Part shown: in pieces, positions 18,616-27,043 of the stretch
Layout of the letters: every line of letters starts with the position of its first letter
How positions within the stretch are numbered: the stretch's first letter is position 1
DNA from: an uncultured Bacilli bacterium
Lineage (GTDB): Bacteria; Bacillota_I; Bacilli_A; RF39; UBA660
DNA: 64,000 bases
Assembly: GCA_963931305.1 (NCBI GenBank)
Contig: OZ006994.1
Coordinates: 134,882-198,881 of the forward strand
Direction: 5' to 3'
The notes under the pieces: generated by a model
Seen by the model: only the letters and a program-made list of their open reading frames with translations
What the model was told of the DNA's origin: nothing
Databases searched by the model: none
Translations under genes and position numbers: made by a program

Positions 18616-20133
18616 ATGACTGAAGCTGAAGTAATTGAGGCAATAAATCATGTAAGAAAATATAATACAGAAACAAATACGATTGAAGTTAAGACAGCAT
18701 CAATGGATTTCCCTAAAAAATGTTATGATACTTTTTCAAGTTTTTCTAATAAATATGGTGGAATTATAATTTTTGGTATAAATGAAGAAAATGGTTTTAA
18801 AACTGAAGGTGTATATGATTTGAATGACTTACAAAAGAAAATTTCTTCTTTATGTAGTGATTCTATGGAACCGGCAATTAGACCTGATATTTTACCTATG
18901 GAATTTGAAGGTAAAAATATATTGGCTGTTAAAATAGATGAAATTCTTCAAAATAAAAAACCATGCTATTATATACCGAAGGGGTTAAATAAAGGTTCAT
19001 ATACAAGAGTTGGAGATAGAGATGAAGTAATGACTGATTATGAAATTTATGCACTCCAAAGTTATAATGATCATATTTTTGAAGATACTAGACCTACAAA
19101 GAGAGCAAGTATTGATGACTTGAATCAAGAAGAACTAACAAAATATATAAATAAGTTAAAAGAAGAAAAACCAAATTTTGCTAAAAATGATTTTGATAAA
19201 TGTTTAAAAATATGTGGCATTACGGATACTAATGATGAGAAAGTATATCCAACTTTAGCTGGTACGATGTTGTTTGGAGAATTTCCACAGACTTATTACC
19301 CTCAATTATTTGTTGCTTGTGTTGTAATTCCAGGTATCGAAATTGGAGATACAGGTGTTTTAGGTGAAAGATTTATTGATAATAAAAGAGTTGAAGGAAC
19401 TATAGAAGAAATGATTACAGGTACTATGAATTTTTTGACACGTAATATGAAAAATAGTGTAATAATTAATTCTCAAGGAAAAAGAATTAATAGAACAGAG
19501 TATCCGTTAGAAGCATTAAGAGAAGCTGTTGCTAATGCTTTGATTCATAGAGATTATAGTACACAAACTGAAAATGCATATGTATCAGTTTATATGTATA
19601 ATGATAGAATTGAAATTATAAATCCAGGTGCATTATATGGTACTAATAAATTAGAAAAATTAGGGACAGCAACAACTATGGAATCGAGAAATCCAACTAT
19701 TGTTAGAATTCTTGAAGAAAAAGGTGATGTAATTGAAAATCGACATTCTGGAATCCCAACAATGATAAGAGAAATGGAAAAATATGGATTACCTGAACCT
19801 GAATTTTATGAAGAAAGAGATAGTTTTAAAGTTATTTTTAGAAACAAAACTGTTGTTATTAATGAAGAAAGTGATACACAAAGTGGACAACAAAGTGGAC
19901 AACAAAGTGGACAACAAAAAAGCAGTATTACTGAATATCAAAATATGGTATTAGAATACTGTAAAGAAGCCAAAACAGCCAAGGAAATAAAAAGTTATTT
20001 ACAAATTAAATCAAGACAATATATTTCTACAAATATTATCAAGCCTTTAATTAATAGTGGAAAATTAGATTATACAAATAAAAATAGTATTAATGCTAGA
20101 AATCAAAAATATTTAACTATAAAAAAGGATTAA
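18616..20133 (+). CDS. AlbA_2 (Schlafen-like divergent AAA) + HATPase_c_4 + C-terminal winged-HTH protein (family annotated 'RecG-like' / putative transcriptional regulator)
   Basis: 505 aa. N-terminal AlbA_2-like region; central HATPase_c_4 signature (LREAVANALIHRDYS); an SGQQ x3 linker; a C-terminal wHTH. AAGGAG lies 8 nt upstream of the ATG. Confidence 0.55.
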   Translation: MTEAEVIEAINHVRKYNTETNTIEVKTASMDFPKKCYDTFSSFSNKYGGIIIFGINEENGFKTEGVYDLNDLQKKISSLCSDSMEPAIRPDILPMEFEGKNILAVKIDEILQNKKPCYYIPKGLNKGSYTRVGDRDEVMTDYEIYALQSYNDHIFEDTRPTKRASIDDLNQEELTKYINKLKEEKPNFAKNDFDKCLKICGITDTNDEKVYPTLAGTMLFGEFPQTYYPQLFVACVVIPGIEIGDTGVLGERFIDNKRVEGTIEEMITGTMNFLTRNMKNSVIINSQGKRINRTEYPLEALREAVANALIHRDYSTQTENAYVSVYMYNDRIEIINPGALYGTNKLEKLGTATTMESRNPTIVRILEEKGDVIENRHSGIPTMIREMEKYGLPEPEFYEERDSFKVIFRNKTVVINEESDTQSGQQSGQQSGQQKSSITEYQNMVLEYCKEAKTAKEIKSYLQIKSRQYISTNIIKPLINSGKLDYTNKNSINARNQKYLTIKKD

Positions 20134-20187
20134 ATATAAAAATTTTTTAAAATAAGTTGTAGTGGAGAGTAGAATATTCGTGGTGGA

Positions 20188-21297
20188 GATGGTGCCGAAG
20201 TAATTTATGCCCTTCGCGATGATGCAACTTTAGCCAATGATATTTTAACAGAATTAGAAAAAAGTGGTCAAAATGTGAGAGAAGCATTCCAAAGAAGATT
20301 ACCAAGTAATACTGCCAAAGATTATTATTTCATTCATAGAGATACAGGAATAAATACAGAGCCAGTAATTGTAGAATATGGTTTTTTAGATAGTACTGGA
20401 GATGATCCTGAGCAGTTGAAAGAAGATTATGATATCTTAGCAGAGGCAGTTGTTCGTGGTGTGATGAAATATATTGATAAACCATATTCTGGTGGAGAAA
20501 TAGAAGGTACTTATACAGTTAAAAGTGGAGACAGTCTATGGAGTATAGCCAATCGTTTTAATACGACTGTTGCCGAAATAAAACGATTGAATAATTTAAA
20601 TACGAATGCACTGCAAGTAGGTCAAGTTTTGAAATTGCCAACAGGAAATGAGAATGCAAATGATAGTCAAGAAAATACTTACACCGTAAAAAGTGGAGAT
20701 AGTTTATGGAGTATAGCTAATCGTTTTCATACAACTGTTCCTGAGTTAAAAACATTAAATAATTTAAATACGAACATTTTACAAATTGGGCAAATATTAA
20801 AATTGCCAACCAACACTGGAAATACAAATATTAACCAAGAAAGTACTTATACAGTAAAAATCGGGGATAGCTTATGGAGTATTGCTCGCAAATATGATAT
20901 AAGTGTTAGTGAATTACAAAATTTAAATCATTTAACTTCTACTACTCTACAGGTAGGTCAAGTGTTAAAGATACCACAAAATAATTCAAGTAATGAAGAT
21001 AGTACTTTTAATACTTATATTGTACAAAGTGGAGATAGTTTGTGGAATATAGCCAATCGTTTTGGAACCACAGTAGATGAGTTAATACGTTTGAATGGAT
21101 TAAATAGTAATATTTTAAATATTGGGCAAGTGTTAAAGTTGCCAAGTAATATAAATTCTAATCAAACATATATTGTAAAAGCTGGCGACAGCTTATGGAA
21201 TATTGCACAACGTTTTGGAACAACAGTAAATGCATTAAAAAAGAAAAATAACTTAGTTAATAATAATTTAATGATTGGTCAAGTTTTGAAAATATAA
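20188..21297 (+). CDS. 3' segment of the split amidase gene: C-terminal half of the Amidase_3 domain plus five LysM repeats
   Basis: …GDGAEVIYALRDDATLANDIL… PVIVEYGFLDST… completes the Amidase_3 fold. Five LysM motifs follow (YTVKSGDSLWSIANRF…LNNLN…LQVGQVLKLP). No RBS or start codon sits at the junction, and the frame opens only 13 nt upstream. Confidence 0.7.
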   Translation, partial: DGAEVIYALRDDATLANDILTELEKSGQNVREAFQRRLPSNTAKDYYFIHRDTGINTEPVIVEYGFLDSTGDDPEQLKEDYDILAEAVVRGVMKYIDKPYSGGEIEGTYTVKSGDSLWSIANRFNTTVAEIKRLNNLNTNALQVGQVLKLPTGNENANDSQENTYTVKSGDSLWSIANRFHTTVPELKTLNNLNTNILQIGQILKLPTNTGNTNINQESTYTVKIGDSLWSIARKYDISVSELQNLNHLTSTTLQVGQVLKIPQNNSSNEDSTFNTYIVQSGDSLWNIANRFGTTVDELIRLNGLNSNILNIGQVLKLPSNINSNQTYIVKAGDSLWNIAQRFGTTVNALKKKNNLVNNNLMIGQVLKI

Positions 21298-21298
21298 A

Positions 21299-21322
21299 TA
21301 AAGCCGGGGAAACCGGCTTTTA
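21299..21322. terminator. Bidirectional terminator shared by the convergent amidase-LysM and cwlJ genes
   Basis: Perfect hairpin aaagccggg-gaaa-cccggcttt flanked by A/T runs on both strands. Confidence 0.6.
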
Positions 21323-21748
21323 ATGAATTTCTTTGCATTCTCCAGGATCAGGAGCATAAAAACAGTGATTTTTATATTTTCCTGTATTATATTGTCCCCA
21401 CCAAGTGGTTTGACACGCATTCCCTGTTCCTGGAGCATAAAACCATAATGCATTTGTAGCTGGATGAAAATATTCTCCACGTATGACACGATCTGCGAGA
21501 TTACGCTCTGATGTAGTTGGATTACTATAAAATAATGGACTATTTACTCCCGTAAATCCTCCTGGTGATTGATAGATTACATCACTGATTGTATTGACAT
21601 TACCAAATGTTAAACAGTTTGCAATCCCTCTATTTACTACCACATTACCAACCATAAGCTGTCCTAAATTTCCTTCTCCAGTTGCTTCAGCACGCATTAA
21701 TCTAGCCAGCAAATCTCGCTCTTTTGATGTTGTTTTAATAATCCCCAT
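21320..21748 (-). CDS. cwlJ: Spore cortex-lytic cell wall hydrolase CwlJ (Hydrolase_2 / SleB C-terminal domain family)
   Basis: 142 aa, the same length as B. subtilis CwlJ. Conserved Hydrolase_2 blocks (RLMRAEATGEG… VVVNR… VIYQ…GGFT… WWGQ). Confidence 0.75.
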   Translation of the reverse strand: MGIIKTTSKERDLLARLMRAEATGEGNLGQLMVGNVVVNRGIANCLTFGNVNTISDVIYQSPGGFTGVNSPLFYSNPTTSERNLADRVIRGEYFHPATNALWFYAPGTGNACQTTWWGQYNTGKYKNHCFYAPDPGECKEIH

Positions 21749-21759
21749 AAATCCCTCCT

Positions 21760-21800
21760 TTTCATATTATATGTATGATATAACACAATTTGACAAAACT
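21760..21800 (-). promoter_or_regulatory. Possible sigma-E-type sporulation promoter upstream of cwlJ
   Basis: On the minus strand the sequence TCATACATA (rc of 21769-21778) matches the SigE -10 CATACA-T. An A/T-rich -35 region lies ~15 nt upstream. It is followed by the RBS AAAGGAGGG. Confidence 0.25.
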
Positions 21801-21840
21801 AGGAAAAGAAGCTAAAATACGGGCATAAGAGGGGATCAGA

Positions 21841-22626
21841 ATGAAAGAAAAACATAATGATTATATCATGATGATTCTTGTAGTATTTTTAATTTTATTC
21901 TTTTTGGGTAGTTTTATTTATGTACAGAGTTTAAATAGAGTTTCATCAAATAAAACAAAGAAAGAAGAAAATTCTATTACTGAATTAAAGAAGAAAGAAG
22001 ATAATCAAGAAGCAATAAACGAAGAAGCAGATGATGAAAATAGACAAATTAATGAAGTAAAGGTAACAGATATTGTGCCAATACCAAAGAGTGGGATTCA
22101 AAGCGAACAAGATGTAATTGAATATGTAGAAAACATGGAATCTTCTATTGTGAATTCTGTTGAAAAAGATACTGTCGACTGGAAAATTAAAGCAAAAAAG
22201 TTATTTATTACTGTAATTGATTTTATTTTTTATGATGGGAAGATTGGAAATTATACTTTTCAACAATTAAGTGATACAGGAAAACAAAAAGTTCTTCAAA
22301 TTACAACTAATATAGATGGAATAATTGAATCATATTCCCCAAATTATAAAGAAAGACTTGTTTCTCAAGGTAAAAGAACTTATCAAACTGTTTCAGAGAA
22401 ATTAACTGAATATAAAAATCAATATTTTGCTGATGTAAAATCAGTAATTGGAGAAGACAATTACGAACAAGCTGGAACTGTTTATGACGAAGTAAAAGAA
22501 AAAGCAAGTTCTGTGAAAGATAAAGTTGTAGATAAATCAAAGGATATATATCAACAAGGAAAAGAAACAGCAGGAAAATTAAAAGATAAATGGAATGATT
22601 GGTATCAATCATGGAAGCAAGAATAG
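21841..22626 (+). CDS. Hypothetical membrane-anchored protein (N-terminal TM, charged extracytoplasmic region)
   Basis: 261 aa with one N-terminal TM segment and a K/E-rich remainder. No motif. Confidence 0.35.
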   Translation: MKEKHNDYIMMILVVFLILFFLGSFIYVQSLNRVSSNKTKKEENSITELKKKEDNQEAINEEADDENRQINEVKVTDIVPIPKSGIQSEQDVIEYVENMESSIVNSVEKDTVDWKIKAKKLFITVIDFIFYDGKIGNYTFQQLSDTGKQKVLQITTNIDGIIESYSPNYKERLVSQGKRTYQTVSEKLTEYKNQYFADVKSVIGEDNYEQAGTVYDEVKEKASSVKDKVVDKSKDIYQQGKETAGKLKDKWNDWYQSWKQE

Positions 22627-22637
22627 AGGTGATAATT

Positions 22638-23240
22638 GTGAAAAATAAAATTAAAAGATTACGAATTTTTTCTGGTGCATCATTACTCGTTTTTTCATTT
22701 GTTTTAGTTGGATGTGGAAATCAAGAAGAAATAGTACCTGATGTGAAAGAAGAAGTAATTCCTGAGGTAAATTCCGACCAAAATAGTGAAGAAGAACAAA
22801 CTTTCTCGGATAAATATATGAACTTACCAATTTATAATGACCGTGATAGAGCTGCTTTTGAGGACATAAAAGATAGTTTTGAAGGGGCTGTTGATACATC
22901 TTCATTAGAAGAATTTAAAGAAGAATGGGCCTTAAAAATTGATTATTTCAAGCGTTTTTTACAAAATGATCCTAGTGCAACATATGGTGGATATACATTG
23001 AGTGAATTATCTGATGAGGCACAAAATAAAGCGAAAGAGTTATACCATAGTATAGATCGTTATTTTAGTGAGCATATTAGTTCTTATGATGAAATAAAAG
23101 AAAAAGTAAAAAGTGGAACACAAAAAATGATAGAACGTGGTAAAAATGGTTGGGAACGTTTTAAAGATAATGAAGGGAAACAAATTAAAGATAAAGCAAA
23201 TAAATGGTTAGATACTTATTTCCCAGAAAATTATGAATAA
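22638..23240 (+). CDS. Putative lipoprotein
   Basis: GTG start after an AGAGGTGA RBS. Signal peptide with lipobox LVGC|GNQ. Acidic mature domain. Confidence 0.45.
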   Translation: MKNKIKRLRIFSGASLLVFSFVLVGCGNQEEIVPDVKEEVIPEVNSDQNSEEEQTFSDKYMNLPIYNDRDRAAFEDIKDSFEGAVDTSSLEEFKEEWALKIDYFKRFLQNDPSATYGGYTLSELSDEAQNKAKELYHSIDRYFSEHISSYDEIKEKVKSGTQKMIERGKNGWERFKDNEGKQIKDKANKWLDTYFPENYE

Positions 23241-23323
23241 TTATTCATGAAAATAGAGAAATGTTTTAATTATGACAATTTTGATGTATAATATAATTAG
23301 CTATCATAAAAGGAGCAGTTAGT

Positions 23324-23503
23324 ATGAACAAAAGAAGTAAAATCCTAATTATAACATTTTTTATCGTAGCAATAGTTCTCATTACATTGGGAATATTCCT
23401 CATGAGTGATATTAGTTTTTTATTAATTGGACTTGCTACCATTCTAATTGGACTTGCTCTTTTTATTATAATTTATGAATATTCACATAGAATAAGAAAA
23501 TAA
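23324..23503 (+). CDS. Small 2-TM membrane protein (59 aa)
   Basis: Not in the ORF track because it is under 60 aa. AAAGGAG lies 8 nt upstream of the ATG. Two hydrophobic helices. Followed by a hairpin aagggatttccctt plus a T-run (23502-23522). Confidence 0.3.
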   Translation: MNKRSKILIITFFIVAIVLITLGIFLMSDISFLLIGLATILIGLALFIIIYEYSHRIRK

Positions 23504-23635
23504 GGGATTTCCCTTATTTTTCAATGCTTTTTAGTGATTTTAATCTAGTTTTATTACACCTCAATTTGACATATTTCGACTTTTTTGTTAAAATCGAACA
23601 TGTTTTCCGAAAAAATTTTTGATGAGGTGAAAATT

Positions 23636-24262
23636 GTGAAAGAAAAACGGTATGTAAATGCCATTATCGGATTAGGAGTGTCTATCTTCTTATTAGGTGC
23701 TTCTACAATTGGGACAACCCCAAAAATGGATTTCTTAAAAGAATCTGACAAAGATAATACATTTACATCTTCAATCAAGACAACTCATAAAAGTTTGATT
23801 GAGAAAAGCGAAGAGATAATCGTATCAGGTCAGCAAGTAAAATTAAGTGCTGGTGTTAGTACTGTATACGATGGTATGACTTTAGAACAATTAGCAGAAA
23901 AGATAGAACGTAACTTAAATTCAACATTAACGGGTAAAGGTTATTTGATTGCTAGTTATTCTTTACAACAAGGAGTAGATCCATATTTAGCGCTTGCAAT
24001 TATGTTGCATGAAACTGGATGTGCTTGGAGTTGTAGTACATTAACACAAGTAAATCATAACGTTGGAGGTATGAGAGGTAGTAATGGATACTTATACTTT
24101 GCAACGATCGATGAAGGAATCAAAGCTTTTATCGATAATTTAAGTAGAAATTATGTACGATATGGTTTAACAACTGCAGAGGCAATGAATAGTAAATATG
24201 CGGAAAACCCAAATTGGCATGTAGCTGTAAACCGTTATATCGAACAAATAAAGGCAAGTTAA
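23636..24262 (+). CDS. Membrane-anchored glucosaminidase-domain (GH73-like, Glucosaminidase/FlgJ C-terminal) cell-wall hydrolase
   Basis: N-terminal TM (AIIGLGVSIFLLGA). The C-terminal domain carries the catalytic-Glu context …LALAIMLHETG… and …YAENPNW…. The start is taken at the GTG at 23636 after GAGGTGA. The ORF is open from 23585. Confidence 0.5.
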   Translation: MKEKRYVNAIIGLGVSIFLLGASTIGTTPKMDFLKESDKDNTFTSSIKTTHKSLIEKSEEIIVSGQQVKLSAGVSTVYDGMTLEQLAEKIERNLNSTLTGKGYLIASYSLQQGVDPYLALAIMLHETGCAWSCSTLTQVNHNVGGMRGSNGYLYFATIDEGIKAFIDNLSRNYVRYGLTTAEAMNSKYAENPNWHVAVNRYIEQIKAS

Positions 24263-24323
24263 TTTGCCTTTTTTTGTTACTTATGTTATAATATGCCCCG
24301 TTAAGCAAAAGGGGGAACTTTAT

Positions 24324-24902
24324 ATGGTATGTAAGAAATGTGGAGAATATGTGAATGATAAATTTGAATACTGTCCATATTGTGGTGACTTCTTAGATAA
24401 GAGTCAATACATGGAAAATGATATAGAATATAAAATTTATCCTACTTGTAGTGTGTGGACAGAATTAATACCCGATTTAAAAACAATTTTAATTTTAGTG
24501 CTTTTAACATTTATTAATTTTTATTTTCAAGATTTTTTATTGATGAATGAATATTATAGTCCAAACTATATTTGGATTTTATATATTATAGTATTTTTAT
24601 GGTATGACTTGAAAGCAATTGTGAAAAAATTACGTTTTCAAAAAATTGAATATTGTTTTTATAAAGATCATTTAGAATATCATGAACGTTTTGGTAGAAA
24701 AATTATGCATAGTGTTCGTTATAATACCATTAGTGATGTTGCAATCCATCAATCATGGATAGAATCTATATTTCACCGTGGTACACTAGCGCTTTATACT
24801 TCTAATCGTGAAGATTATGGAATTTATATTCATGACATAAAAAATGTAGAAGAAGTTTATTATCAAGTAAAGAATATGATTGATAGTGCAAATCACCATT
24901 AA
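24324..24902 (+). CDS. Zinc-ribbon + bPH_2 (YdbT/DUF304-like) membrane protein
   Basis: N-terminal CxxC…CxxC (CKKCGEY…CPYCGD), two TM helices and a C-terminal bacterial PH-like region. The start is at the ATG at 24324 after a GGGGGAA RBS. Confidence 0.4.
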   Translation: MVCKKCGEYVNDKFEYCPYCGDFLDKSQYMENDIEYKIYPTCSVWTELIPDLKTILILVLLTFINFYFQDFLLMNEYYSPNYIWILYIIVFLWYDLKAIVKKLRFQKIEYCFYKDHLEYHERFGRKIMHSVRYNTISDVAIHQSWIESIFHRGTLALYTSNREDYGIYIHDIKNVEEVYYQVKNMIDSANHH

Positions 24903-24930
24903 AAGCAGTTTTCTGCTTTTTTTGTTGACT
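24903..24930 (+). terminator. Rho-independent terminator
   Basis: aaagcag-tttt-ctgcttttttt. Confidence 0.5.
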
Positions 24931-24964
24931 TTCTAATTTAACATCGACTATGATATAGGTAGAA

Positions 24965-27004
24965 GTGGGTGAGATAGTGAGACAATATCAGTTAATTGGT
25001 TTAAAAACGATAGAAGATGCTATAAAAATTGAAGATGAATTAAAAAAGGTGACTCAATTAGATCAAGTTTCGGTAGATTATATGAGTGCAACTTTAAATA
25101 TATCAACAAAAAAAGTATCCAAGTCCTTATTCATGAAAATTAAAGCAATTATCAAAATGATTGATGAACGTATCGTTATCCACAAAAAACAACAGAAAAA
25201 ATTATTTTTATCCACAGTATTATTTATTTGCTCATTCATTTTATTTACTTTTTATTACTTTTTTCAAACTCAAGATGTTTTATCCACAGTATTTTTTATA
25301 GCAAGCCTTGTGCTTAGTATTATTTTGCTGTTTTATCCACGGGAAAACTTTTTTTCTAAATTTTATAGTTGGCAAGAACGTATATTTGTTTTTATAGTTG
25401 TTATAGTTTTATTAACAATACATCTTCCGTTCTTATCTATTTTTGTTTTTATATTAACAAATGGAGTTAATTTATTTGAAAATTTCTTATATGAATTTAT
25501 TTTTAAAAAACAATTTTCTATGACGGAATCTATATTGTTTGCTAATATAAAAAGAGAAAATCATATAGTTCGTATTCCAGTAAAAGAAGTCCAAGTAGAT
25601 GATATTATTTATGTCAAACCAGGGGAGAGAATTCCTGTTGATGGTATTATTATCGATGGTAAAAGTCATGTCTTCTATGATAGGTTAAATCCACATGAGA
25701 AACAAAAGATAACACATTTACATATGGAAGTATATAGTGGAATGTTAAATGTAGATGGGGTAATAGCAATTCAAGTGACGCATGATTTCATGCATTCTAA
25801 GTGGATTCAAATGGAAGAATTTGTAAGGGATTACCAATTATCTTTTATTCAAACAGTTAAGCATATTAAAAAGTGTATTTTAATTTATAAGATTTTAATA
25901 TGGATATTGCTATTATTTTCTATTAGTATTCTTTTGTTTTATTCACAGAATCATATTCCCATTTCATTTATATGTTCTTTGTTATTGTTATCTCATATTG
26001 GTTTTATTGGTGAATACATTTTATTATATTGGAATAGAGAATGGAATGATTTAAAACAAAAAGGTATTTTAGTAAGAGGAATAGAACCATTGGATTTATT
26101 AAGTCGGATGAAACATATTATCTTTGATTTAGAGCACACTTTGACTTATGGACGTGATATGGTTGCAAAAATTGTAAATCATACTCGTTATAGTGATGAA
26201 GAATTATTATATTATGTTGCTTGTGCAGAAGAATATTCTATTAATCCGATTGCTTTAGCAATAAAAAATAGTTATGGGAAACGCATTCATACAAGTGTTT
26301 TAAGTAATTATCAAGAGTTATCTGGTTTAGGAGTTAAAGTGAATGTAGAAAAACAAACAGTTTTAGTGGGGAATGAAAAGTTATTAACAAAATTTGGTGT
26401 TTGGGTAGAAGAACCAGAAAAAGAAATTGGAACTGTCTTACATATTGCGATAGATCAAGAATATGCTGGTTATATAGTAGTGCGAGATGAATTGAAAGCA
26501 GATGCTATTACTTGGTTACAACAGTGTCGCAAAAGTGGATTTCATCACATTAAAGTAATTAGTAGTGAATCAGAAAACTTTGTAACTATGGTTTGTAAGA
26601 AATTAGAAATTTCAAATTATTTAAGTCATTTATCATTGTTAGATAAAAATCGAGCGTTAGAACGATATCGCTTTGAAGAAAAAAAAGGTTTTGTTCTTGT
26701 ATCCAATCATGAAAAATTATTAGCCGCTCATCATGCCGATTTAAATATTATGATGAAAAATATAGATGATGATTTTTGTCATGATGCCGAAATATTGATT
26801 TGCAATGGAAATGATTTAGGTATTGTTAAAAAAACTGCAAATCGTTTGCGTAAACGATCATGGATGGGAGTTATTTTATTTCTATTTATCCAATTTTGTT
26901 TATTGTATTTATTATTTATTGGATATTTACCTGTTTATTTTATACCAATTACAAAATTTATATTTGATAATTTATTTATTCTATTTTACCGAAAAGGAGC
27001 ATAG
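24965..27004 (+). CDS. Heavy-metal P1B-type ATPase homolog with degenerate catalytic motifs (probable pseudo-enzyme)
   Basis: The architecture and spacing follow CopA/ZntA-type pumps: an HMA-like N-terminus, 8 TM helices, and A, P and N domains. The HMA CxxC, TGES, the TM CPC, DKTGT (here FDLEHTLT) and GDGxND (here NGNDLG) are all altered. Confidence 0.55.
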   Translation: MGEIVRQYQLIGLKTIEDAIKIEDELKKVTQLDQVSVDYMSATLNISTKKVSKSLFMKIKAIIKMIDERIVIHKKQQKKLFLSTVLFICSFILFTFYYFFQTQDVLSTVFFIASLVLSIILLFYPRENFFSKFYSWQERIFVFIVVIVLLTIHLPFLSIFVFILTNGVNLFENFLYEFIFKKQFSMTESILFANIKRENHIVRIPVKEVQVDDIIYVKPGERIPVDGIIIDGKSHVFYDRLNPHEKQKITHLHMEVYSGMLNVDGVIAIQVTHDFMHSKWIQMEEFVRDYQLSFIQTVKHIKKCILIYKILIWILLLFSISILLFYSQNHIPISFICSLLLLSHIGFIGEYILLYWNREWNDLKQKGILVRGIEPLDLLSRMKHIIFDLEHTLTYGRDMVAKIVNHTRYSDEELLYYVACAEEYSINPIALAIKNSYGKRIHTSVLSNYQELSGLGVKVNVEKQTVLVGNEKLLTKFGVWVEEPEKEIGTVLHIAIDQEYAGYIVVRDELKADAITWLQQCRKSGFHHIKVISSESENFVTMVCKKLEISNYLSHLSLLDKNRALERYRFEEKKGFVLVSNHEKLLAAHHADLNIMMKNIDDDFCHDAEILICNGNDLGIVKKTANRLRKRSWMGVILFLFIQFCLLYLLFIGYLPVYFIPITKFIFDNLFILFYRKGA

Positions 27005-27043
27005 CTCTTTTTTTTATACATATATTTAATTGGGGTGAAATTC

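Larger units (their letters stand above)
15071..20187 (+). mobile_element. ~5.1 kb intervening/integrated element carrying a large serine recombinase, inserted in frame into the Amidase_3-LysM gene
   Basis: Left flank …cac atc aat gcg ggg gga | gcg gag…; right flank …att cgt ggt gga | gat ggt gcc…. Joining 15070 to 20188 gives HINAGG-DGAEVIYALRDD…, a continuous Amidase_3 domain. Both junctions share the trinucleotide GGA. The interior is AT-rich and encodes an LSR, an HTH protein and two cargo ORFs. Confidence 0.7.

Noticed and set aside
20500-21297. Approximately 180-nt periodic DNA repeats that could be mistaken for a CRISPR or tandem-repeat array
   Set aside because: They encode five consecutive LysM domains in frame within the amidase gene. 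The spacers are not unique and no cas genes are present.
24965-27004. Annotating the P-type ATPase homolog as a functional copper/zinc exporter
   Set aside because: All catalytic signature motifs are altered despite the intact length.
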